A stretch of 64,000 nt of DNA from Hyphochytrium catenoides. Taxonomy: Eukaryota > Protista > Hyphochytriomycota. Each line of letters starts with the position of its first letter. Within the stretch, counting starts at the first letter, position 1. Positions 1-11,100 of the stretch are shown piece after piece. Location: contig FLMG01002858.1 in assembly GCA_900088475.1 (NCBI GenBank), positions 1 through 64,000 on the forward strand. Reading direction: 5' to 3'. The notes under the pieces are model-generated. The model searched no databases. It had not been told where the DNA came from and saw only the letters and a program-made list of their open reading frames with translations. A program made the translations under genes and the position numbers.

Positions 1-126
1 GAGAGAGAGAGAGAGAGGAAAATGGTGATGAGGCAGAGATATAGGAGTGGAGATATGTAGAGGAGAGAGACAGAGAAGACAGAAAGTGAGAGGAGGGCAC
101 AATGAACGAGCGAGTGTTATCCATAC

Positions 127-594
127 AGATGCTGTTGGTCCGGTCCTAGGAGAGCGTTGTACTGCTCGGCCATCCCGGGCTCCTCCCCAGGCTGAGACTG
201 AAAGAGACCAGAGAGGATCATCATCAATCTATGAAGTTCGGAGAGCACGCAGATGTGCGAGAGAAAAGGGAAATCCAAGGCCTAGCACAGGTGTAGCAAA
301 GCAAACGCAATAGACAGGGGAAAGAGACAGAGAGATAGTGCGAGGGAAAGTCTATCTCCTGGATATGGGTGCCAATTCAATAACAGGTCCGCTGGAAAGG
401 GAGCGGACGAAACAGAGAGAGAGGGATAGGGGGAGAGACTGACCGTCGGGACATCCTTGATGCAAACGCTATAGTAGCCATTCCCTGTGTCGGGCGTAGG
501 AGACTGTTTAAAGCCCACGCCTAGCTTCTGGGCACCGAACTTCACCCTAAAGGCGATCTTCCACGGATCTAGAANNNNNNNNNNNNNNNNNNNN

Positions 595-645
<51 letters not shown>

Positions 646-966
646 AAATGGTGGGCTTACGGGCAGAAGCGTAAACCTGAGAAATAAATGGGAAGATCGA
701 AGTCGCCAGAGAGGGAGAAGCCCAGATAGACGTAGAAGGTAAACTAATAAGAAACGAGTAACAAACTTGGAGACTAGTCAGGCAAAGGAAGCGAAAGAAA
801 GTGCCACACGACGAAGAGACAGGGAAGAGGTAGCTAATGAGCAGAAGGAAATTGAGAGAGAGAAAGAGGGCAAGCTTTAAGATAAGTGGCCAGAAAGACT
901 GCAGTGGCGCGATAAACCGAGGTGTTTATCCTTACGTAGACTCAAAGCATTGTCAGTGGCCTGCAT
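127..966 (-). CDS. 5' part of a putative PDZ-like domain protein (3 exons; gene runs off the window's left edge)
   Basis: Phase-consistent GT-AG exons 966-936, 568-444 and 191-127 translate to MQATDNALSLHPWKIAFRVKFGAQKLGVGFKQSPTPDTGNGYYSVCIKDVPTPGEEPGMAEQYNALLGPDQQH. The pattern 'VKFGAQKLGVGF...V.I..V...G.AE' resembles the first half of a PDZ fold. One intron spans the N gap at 575-594. Confidence 0.5.
575..594. other. Assembly gap
   Basis: N run. Confidence 1.
595..645. repeat. (AG)n microsatellite
   Basis: Dinucleotide run adjacent to the N gap. Confidence 0.95.
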
Positions 967-1320
967 TGTCAGCCTATATATCCAGGAAGAGAGCAGTCTT
1001 TATTCCACGTTGACCGGCCTCCTGTAATCTTTCGACGGCTGAAGCTGACCTGCCTGCCCTTCCTGATGATTTTTATCAGCGGCCAGGGAGGCTTCTCTCT
1101 TTCTCTCTCTTCTTCTGCCTCTTTGCCAAGAGCTTGTCAGGGCTTTATCAGTAAAGTGAATGGACCAAGGTCCTTCTCAAGGGCTCTGCACAAGCAGTAC
1201 CGATCTGTCTGCCAGCCGATGGAGGAAGAAAGAGGGAAGATATATAGCGGCAATGAGTGGAAGAAGCCGAACACACAGAAGCGGAGAGGGCCGATGGGAA
1301 GGTTAAGATAATAGTGGAAT

Positions 1321-1347
1321 GCGAGAGAGACAGAGAGGGACAGAGAG

Positions 1348-1391
<44 letters not shown>

Positions 1392-1505
1392 AGCAAGACC
1401 TAGAAGGGGAGAGAAAGAGAGAGCCGGAAAGAGAGAAAGAGACACAGAGAGGGGAAAGAAAGAGAAGATATACGGGCATTGTAGAGAGAGAGAGAGAGAG
1501 AGGTC
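1321..1505. repeat. (AG)n / purine-rich tract
   Basis: Long perfect and imperfect GA runs. Confidence 0.9.
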
Positions 1506-2162
1506 GGGGGAGAGAAGAGAAGGCTGGCGAAGCGACACAAAGAGAGAGCTTCTGACTCTGACCGTTATTGCCCAGATAGCCGTTACCCACCCTTGTCAAG
1601 ACCTCACAAATACACAAGTCATATTCTTGACAGAAGCTGGCTGTCAGTTATCAGAATTCACATACAGTATGCCCCTCCTCCTCTGCTTCTTCCAATTATT
1701 GATGTTAGAAAGATTGACTTTGTTGACAATCCTATGCGAAATTACATGCTCTATTGTGAATTAAGACCAAAAGTAGGTTCAAAGCTAGCACTATCACGCC
1801 GCTTCAGAGGAAGGAATGATGGGGCAGAGGAGAGCGAGGGCTCATCAAGAGCTGAGGTCTCATGGGCGCTAAGCTCTGCGCTGACATAAGGAACGCAAGG
1901 CTGTCAGAGGCACAAGGCAGAGACGTTAAAAGCAGGAGCTGCTAGTAGTATAGCGCTTAAGGTTACATAGCCTGCCCTAGTGTTATTTATCCTCTCAGAG
2001 AAAAATGGTACAAGTGCGACGAGCATCAGTGCACAGAGAGAGAGAGAGAGGAGGAAAGAGGGGGAGAGAGGGAGAGAGAGAGGACTGATATAGAGACATT
2101 GTCTTCAAAGGTGGCGTATAGTGCCCGGTCTCTATCCTAGCGCCCTGTGGGTTGCTTTTTGC

Positions 2163-5100
2163 TTATCTACTCGACCCTGAAGATTGAGAGTGGAGTTTTT
2201 TTGCACTCAACGTTGGTGTCTTCAGCGCTTTATCAGCTGCGGCTGGAGTTACGCGCGCAGGAGTGCTGTAGACACGACCAGAAGATGAGAGCACAATCAG
2301 AGCAATAAAGTGGAGTTCATAAACAGTGAGAGGATAGGAAGCCAACCACTGAGCCAGGGAAAGCTGGACGTCATAAGAAAGAAATTGATGATGACGGAAA
2401 AGTGAGGCAGCAAGGCCAATTTACCAAATCAGTTGCAAGTGAAAGGAGAAGGGGAGAGAAGAGTGGGAGGAGAGAGACAGTGGAAGACGGATAGAGAGAT
2501 AGATGCGGACCGAGAGAGAGAGGACGGCCCACGAGAGAGAGCGGAAAGAGGGATGGAAAGGGAGCTATTCCTGAACTTCATGAGCGTCTAAGATCAGAAG
2601 ATGCTTACACTTCGTCTCCGTTCTCGGCCAAGCTGCCAAGGCTGGAAGAACTGCTTTGTCTCGATATGTCAGTAAGCACATCTCCAGCCTTTCTGACCGC
2701 TCGGGGTGTTTTCATAGCAAGGTTCAGATGCATCAGCTCCATGGCAGAATTCAGCTTATCTTGAACCATTTCTGCCAGCTCTAAAAGGGAGGAGTTAGTC
2801 AGAGAGCAGGCCACATATGCAATGGACGGGAAGATTAGGTGCAGAATGGGGGAAAGGGCATGATCCCCTGACACGTGTGGTGCCCCTTGGGCCAAGCGCC
2901 AGGAGAACCTCCAAAGGAATCTGTTCTCTATGGTACTCATCTTGACGCTGGGTTCTTCCAACTTGCGCTACACACTGCAAAACAGCCTCACTGTCCTTAC
3001 CTTCTCCTAGGAACAGGTAGTTGAAGGGCTTCTTCTCGTTGTCTTCCCATCGATAGATCTCGTGCCGCAGCCTATCCACAAGTCTGTTGGCGCATAACGT
3101 TCGTTAAGTAGGCTCGATCACATCAGAAGGAACAATTGCCGGTAGCTTCAAAACAGGGTAGCATAGGAATAAGTGCAATCATGCTCAAGTAGACACAAAG
3201 GCAAGTTCCGGCAAGAAAGGCATAAGCAGGAAATGCCAAAGAGTCATTAAGGCCAGGCGCGGCTCAGGAGGCGTAAAGGGAGGCTAAATCGGATGGGACC
3301 GTGGCAACAAAGGAAAGTCTATGATAGCCTAGAGCAGGCAAGAGCGAAAGGTGGACTGACATTGGGTACTGCTTGGCCGCCATGGCTCTAAACTTGGCTT
3401 CTTCCTGCAACCTCATAGAGTTTCCTTTCAGTCTTGAGCTGTCGCTCGCACTCGCTTCAAACTGAGCAATCTTTCTGTCCATGGATTGGATCTATGGAGA
3501 GAAGAGGTGAGCATCTGCCACTTTGTTTCTCTCTCTGTCTCGTCCTCCTCACTCCTACCTCTTCAGCCATCCGGATGATGCCTTGAATGGACTTCCACTT
3601 GGCCTCCGCAGAAGCAACAAGCTGCCGAATCTTTCTTAGCTTTCTCAGTAAGACCCACATCTCATGCAGCTCTGAGGGAATGCTCTCATCCAAGAGAGAA
3701 TCAGACCTTTCTCTCTTCGTCTCATCGGTCTTTTGATCCATTTTTTGAGAAGGTGGGCTAGGCGTAAGCGGCATCGAAGGGGCAGGGGGAGCAGGAGGAG
3801 GCGAAGATACTGAAGCTCCACCTGGCCACCAGGCAGGTAGGCTTGCCTCTTGCGACGAAGGAGGGTGAGAAGGAGTAGCTGCATTGGAGCTGGCACCCGG
3901 CCACCATCCGGGTTGCACTACTTGGACCGGAGTCGTATCAGCGCTTCCAAGTCGTTGCTGCGCACTAGTCTGACTAAGGTTATCAGGAAAATCGTCTCCT
4001 TCTCCAGGCTTCCCGTCTCTCCCTCTTTCGTCAACTCTCAGCTTTATGAGAAGATCTTGAAGAATAGCTTTCTGTTCCATAAGCTGCTTGCTGCAAGCCT
4101 CCTTCAGACTGCAGAAGATAGATTTACGGCCACGCCAACAGAAGGCAAGGGCAAAAAGTTAGACTCGAGACTCAAGTCCCAATATCAAGATCCTTTTCCT
4201 CCTTAACCCCACTCTTCACTGCGTCGCGTCTATGAATGACTGTGACATTCTCTTCCTGATTGCTCCCTCTTTCGCTCTCTCACCCCGATACCTTCAAGTC
4301 CTTTAAGTCTCTAGAAAGGACTTGAACATGATTTTGAAAGCCTCAGATGTACATAGAAAGTTGAGATGAGCAGGTGCTTACTCGTGAAGCTTTGTTTTGC
4401 ATAAGTCTTCCCTCTTGCCAGACAATGGGAGATATTGGCCCAGTTCCGCATCAAACTTCGCTCCTTCCTCCGGAGAGTTGTTGGTCTAGAAGAGGGATCC
4501 AGTTCATAATCTCATGAGCACTCAATATCGTGTATGGAGAAGCAAAAGACCGGGAGAACGAAAGGAGACACCCACACCTGGACTCTGAGGAGCAGAAGAC
4601 CACCAACATTACAGGTGAAGGGAACCCTCTTACCATCTCTAAGGCTCTGTGTACTAATTGCTGAAGTCTTTGGTTTCTCTCCTTTCTGAGATCATGAAGC
4701 TGTCGTAGGGAGTGCAGTAGCCTTTGGGCACATTTAAGAGCGGAGTCTCGAAGGGGAAGCGTGCCACCTGGAAGCAGGTAAAGGTCAGTTTCTATCCGTC
4801 ATCTACTCTTAGCTGTCAACTGCTATAATTCATATCATTTCAAAAGCGCTGATCTTGGTAAAGAGCACCTACCCGCTAATCCCTTTTCCCCAACCCCCCT
4901 CCCTGCAACAATATTCTAGTCTTCTTTTCATCCTAGACATGCTTTCTAGAGAACGAGAACTTTTTAAATAGAGTTCAGGGAAAACGTAGCCTTACCTTCT
5001 CCGCAGACACATCGGCAGCAGCTCGCTAGGTCATCCGCAGTGCCTCTGTCTGGAAGAGGGCTTTCAGAAAGAGACGTCACAGCGTGCTCCAATACCTACG

Positions 5101-8100
5101 ATTGGAAGGGACAACGGGAACAGTAAGAGAAAGCAGGCAGAATGGTGCTTGCAACAAGCAGATAACAGGGAGGGCGGAAGCCGTGAGTTCTTACCTGGCT
5201 ATAGTTCATGTCCAATTGTAATACTACTTCTCTTCCTTCTGCTATGATCTGCTCCACCAAGGCCAACCTGTGGCTCTTGATCAGCACCAAACCCCGAAGG
5301 GCGCTCTGCCACTGAACCATATCGTCTTCTCTAAGAGTCTTCCCCTGTTCAAGGGGCTTCTCCTCAAGCAATGAGGTCAAAAACGGGCTCCAACTCTCTA
5401 CAATATCCCTGAAATGGAAGTAAGGTAAGGTTAATGGGAACTGATTGCAAGCAGTGACAGAAGGAAACGATTGATAGATGGAGAAAAGGCTATGGGCCAT
5501 GCAAGATTTAGCCATCTCTTACCCTTGTTGAAGTCCAAGCTCCGACAGTAACCCCACCGCTTTCTCCCTCATAGTTGTGTGTTGAACTGTTCTGGTAGCA
5601 AGCTCCTCCTGCAAGCCAGATGCGAGCAAGCGAAGCTCCTCTTCCTGCTCCATAATTGGGAGCTCGTCTAATGGTCGACCCGCAGGCTTTTCAACATCAA
5701 CAAGCTGCATCAGACGTAAAGGAGCGGTACATGAGAAAAAGCTATGTTTGGGAACAGCATGGACAAAAATCATGGGCAGTCGCAGCAGCCAATAACGATA
5801 ATAGGAATAGCTAACAAGGAAGGAAGACAGAAGCTTCACTAGAGCTAGCCTAGTAAAGGATATAAGCTAGCACGAGAGGTAGCAGTCCGCGGAATTCAGA
5901 GCTTGGTCAGTAACGGCAAGATTAGAAATTGATTGAGGGAGAGGATCACATGGAAGATGCAGTTTCACTCTCGACCTTGCCAAGCGTCCTGACATAAGTG
6001 CTTATATCGGTTTTGAGGCTTTTGATCCTAGCCATCGTATCCTCTTTCACCTTTATTAGCTGAGGAGTGTGAATGGTCAGAAAGATTATTTAACGAAGGG
6101 AGTTATAAAGCTTGAACCTCCGTTAGCAGCCTATTGAAATGGCATATTTCATCTACCTGTTGGAGCTGCTCTTCGCAACGTCTAGTTACTGCTGCTGACA
6201 TTTCGCCTAAAGCCTCTGCTCGCCTCTCTCCTTTTATTCCAAGTTCATCCCAGAGAGAGCGGAACATCTTCACGCACAAAAAGAGAGATCAGATTGAAGG
6301 CACTTTAGCGACCACCACCAATCTAACTTCCAATCTTAACTGGAGTGATAAGGTCAAGCAGGCCAAAAAGACGAACATTACGAATGCTGAAGACAGTGAG
6401 AAAGAACAGATGGCGAAACAGAGAGAGACAAGGGGCAAGCGCGGCAGGTGCCCTCCAAGGAGGTGGACACGGGATCTATCCCTGAGGACAGAGAGGAGAT
6501 CCTGATTTTGAAATATCGATCACAGACCTCAAGTGATTCAAAAGACTTCTCTCTTTGTTTGTTTTCCTCTATTTCTGCCTTCAAGCTCAAAACTTCCTCC
6601 TGCAGCCTCTTCACCTGGCCCTCAGCTTCCTGGGCACGTACTTCCAAGCTGCTCTTGGCGCCACGAGCTAGACATATTCAACCAATGAACAAACAGAAGA
6701 AAGGTTATGCTTGATTCGGAATTTCGAGCTTTCTACGGTACTCTCTATTTTGATCACTTCTCAACACCTGTTCTACCCTATATCCGTTGCTTATGCCTTT
6801 TCAGTTGTCTCTCACCTTGTGCTTCATTTAGTTCCAAGGCCTGGATCCTGCTCTGAAGAAACGCAACGTGCTTCTGGAACAGTTTGGCAGAGACAGGGTC
6901 TTGGTTGCTTTGGGTCTCAACCTTTGCAGGCAATGCCTCTCCGTCTTAAGAAAATATGAGAGAAGGTGTGGAAATCAGTAAGCCAAACAGATGGGTGGAA
7001 TGGGAAAAATCGATTTGTATAGTGCTAGGGCTGGGGGGTAGCTACCTTCGAGGCCTGCCAACGTGCGCATGGTGGTCAAGAGCTCCTCCTCAAACTGTGT
7101 CTGTGCAGCTTCCAGTCTCTCTTCATACCTGATGGGAAGGTCATCGCGTTAGGTTACCTTAAAAGGGCCAAAGCTGCTGTCTTAGGAGTCTGCGGGTCAT
7201 CCTTGCGACAGACCTTTTGCCCATCTGGGTGAGCTTCTGGACTGCGGCATCTTTGTCATCCTCCAGTTGCTTCATTGCGGCCTTTGTCTCACGATTGCTC
7301 CTACAAACCAGCGAAAGGATTGTCAGTAGCAATTTACAAGAACGCTGGTCTTCCTAGGACCCACCAGTGTCCTTGTCTACCAACCACTATCGCTATCAAT
7401 ATCCTTCGCGAACTTTATCGCCCTACAAGCTGTCTATTCTCTAAACACCTGCACTCTAAGACCCCTTGCTCCACATTGGCATTGCCTTTGATTTAGGCCA
7501 CTCGCTTCTGTACCTGTTCACGGCTTTCTCTCTGCTCCTACATGACTCCATATCTTCCAATAGCATGATAACCAGGCTCTGGAGATCTTTGAGGCTGAGT
7601 TGTCCTAAGAGAGCTTGACCATTGGCCTCCACGATGCCCTTTTCTACCTGAGAGGAGCTGCCTAGACCGAGAGCTTCTGAGGCCTGCTCCTGCCCGGCAG
7701 CGAGCGGCTCCTAGTGGCAGGGTCTAAATTGTCGGTCTATTGTTCTCAATGCAAATGCCCTCTTTTGTTCTCACTCAGTTTTCGAATACATTTACTTCTA
7801 TTCTATTGTGACTCCGCCTGCTCTCTTGTCAGGACTCCGACTCTTCCACTTTCTGACCCTTATCTCATAAATATAGGGAGTTTCTCTGGGTCGATAACCT
7901 ATGCCCGTATCTATTTCCCTCCGTCGACGCATAGACGCTACTCGTGACGATGCTAGAGTGCTTCTGCCACTCAAAGTCGGCCTTACCTTGCTCACTCCTA
8001 GTTCTTCTACACTCTCCTGGATTGTAACCTCGCACATCCCTAGGCGTAGCTCCAGAGTCTCTAATTCAGCTTCTATCTCCTCTACATGCTCCCTCAACAC

Positions 8101-11100
8101 ACGGCTTTCAGCGTTTAGGCCGTTGCTTTCGAAAGATTTGTTGTTGTTGTCGTGGCTCTGGTCTTTCTTCTTCGTGTTGGACCCGTCCCCAAGCTTTGCG
8201 AGGATCCCGTCTCTTTCCTTAACGAGTACCAATGTCTGCAATCATTTATAAGTAATCGCATGTCCCAATATAAACCTCTTGGGAGGGGAGACTATTTTGA
8301 CATAATAGCGATATTGACGAGGTACGATGGCAGGCCTTATATATGACAACAGTCAAGATTAACGCGCACCTGTTGCAGGAGCTCTGCCCTCTTTCGGAGT
8401 GTCTGAGATAAGATCTCTTCCAGCTCTGCCTTCCTAAGCCGTGTCTGGATATAACGGTGCGTGCATGTTAGTTCGTACGCCACTGTATCAAGAGAATGTC
8501 TGTATACTCGTTCTCCCTCTTAATTTGAGTCTCGTTGCCACACATAGTTCTATTCTCTCTAGAGGTGGAGTCCACAAGCAAAAGTTACCTCTATTGTCTC
8601 AAGAAAGAGCGTACGAATATACTCGGGACTGTTGGCATCTGGCGAAGAACTGGATTGAACGATAGATCGGGCGCGTTGCCTCTTCTTCGCGAGGCGGTCG
8701 TTGAGGATTCTAGGGGCGAAAGAGTTAGTCTTGGACTCTATAATCGACCGACCACCCGTTGCTTTGAGCCTCAAAGAATGACTATGGCCAATAATTACTT
8801 AGATGTCTAACTTCAAGCATATGCTTGCATTCCTTACCGGACAAGTCTGCTCTCGGTGTCTCTTAGTCTCTTAGAAAGTTCAGAGCCCTGTTTACTCCTT
8901 CTATTCAGCTGCATGTCTTGCACCTTGAGTGATAGTTGAAGGGTATCCAAATGGAGAGACTTTCTTCGCTCTGACTTCTGCAGGAGCTCTAGCTCCCGCT
9001 TCTTGCCTTCGGTCCATGCAGTTTGCGCTGACAGAAGTTCGATCTGCTTATTCTTGAGTAGACTTCGCTGCTCCTTTAGTCGAGCGATAGAATCCTCTAG
9101 ACTGCTTATACTGCCAGAGTAATAGATGTATAAAATCAGTATCATAAGGACTGGCGCAATGGTGCTGTAAAGACACTCCAAACTGCCACAAAGCGGAACT
9201 GATTACACGTTACGTCCCCAAAGGTAAACTGTGGGAGAAGAGTCGGACTTCCTGCTTCTTATATCCCTTCCCGTCCTTACCGTTGGGATTCCCTTCTGGC
9301 GATGATGAGGACTTGCGAGAGCTGCCGCTGCTCCTGTTTGAGCGTGAGCAGTTTGGCGGAAACGTCTTCCTGAGCTTGCTGGTTCTGGGCCTGGGATATA
9401 CCATAGTGAAAAGACAGTGGAGCGCATCAGTGATGCGAAATGAAGACTAGCCAGGTTGGGGTACTTGATGGACACAGGACCCACAAGAATTCGCGTAGAG
9501 AGGAGCAAAGGCAACAACAGAGACACAACGTCGTCAAAATTGAGAGAACATCTCTTCTCCCCGGTACCGTTGGCATGCTCAGCATGTTCCGCTGTTTCTC
9601 TTCTAACTCAGAGATTGAGTCCTGGAGCCTTTGATAGTCGCTTTCAACCTGCATTCACAAGCTTTAGTGCCAAAAAGACGGGAGCTTCATCCGGTAATTC
9701 GAAGTGCACCCTCTATATCTCTCTCTGACACAAGTCCATGGCCAATTCAATCTGCGTCTACAGCTGCGTCTCCATTTGTTTATGCACCTACTTACTTGTC
9801 TGAGCTCCAGTCTTCTCGTCTTAAGTAGCTCCAGGCGTCGTCCCTTGCTCAGTAGAGCGCACTCAATCTCGGCCAGTTCTGCTTCACTCTGCAGTAAGCC
9901 GTGCATGAACAGTCAGCCTTTGACTTGTGTATACAAAAGCGCGGACGGGACTGATGGATAAGACGTAATAGAATAATTGAAGACCCTTCCTTCTAATGAC
10001 AACATTTGTGTTGCAAAGGAAGTCGGGAAAGCACCACCTGCAGCTGGTCTGAAGCAAATTGAGCTTCTCTGCGTTCCATCTCCAACAATTCGTCCAGAAC
10101 CAGAAGATCAGCGTCTACGTACTCCGGCTCCTGCAGAGACCTGGGACAATTGAAGCGCGTAAGAACCAAAGTTGAGCCTGAAGAGATGCTTGATGAAAGG
10201 TCAAATTCGCGCCGAGAGGCGCCTGGGGCGGAGGGGGGGGAGGGGAGGGGCAACATTACAAAGAGACTTAAGCAGCCCAGCGTCGAAAGAGAGAAGTGAC
10301 AAGCGTATATACGGCGCAACTAAGCATTCGGACAGAAAAGATAGAGTTCTTGTGGCTATCCTTACTCTGCAGATTCCGATCCCGGGACAGATTCAGAAGC
10401 TGTGCTGCCAGCGTTTGTCCTCTTGCTATCGCTGGGAGGCTTGAGTCCCGAAGCCGGTCTCGAAGCGTTCGTCGAAGGGAGTTTGGAAACTGGAAGAGAG
10501 GAGCCCTTCCCGGTCGCTGTTCCGGGTCCTACGGCTGCTTTCTTTGAAAGCCCAGTGCTACTGATAGAAGAGCGATTACCGCCAGCCGCTCCCCGTGGAC
10601 TAACGGCACCGCTGGGTCCTTTAGCTGAAGGTTTAGAGGCCCCAGTTTTAGGTCCCGTTGAGGAAGAGGAGGAAAGAGAGGGCGGCTCTTGATTAGGTTT
10701 TGGGGATAGAACCCGACTTGGGGTAGCGCCTGAGGCAGGTATTGAAAGGGTGGAAGCAGTAACTTCTGAGATGCGAGAGAATAGGGTTGAGAAGTACTCT
10801 TTGACGTCACTTCTCGTCAGAGCTTTTTCGGCTTCCTCGTCGTTAGTTTTCTCTTCCTCCTGTTGGAAGAGACAGGAAAGTGGAATCATAAGAAATGTCG
10901 ATTAGTTCCAAAGGTAGGCCCAGTGTGCCATATTGCTATTAAACGCCTAATCAGCTCAGCAAGAAAGCAAGTAGGTGATCAAAGGAGAGGTCGAACATGC
11001 CGCATGACGGTTTGATAGCGCTAAACTGATGTAACAAAAAGGCAAGCGTGGTGTCAGAGATGCTATCGTCTACCTTGAGAAAGACTTGCTTTACGAGTTC

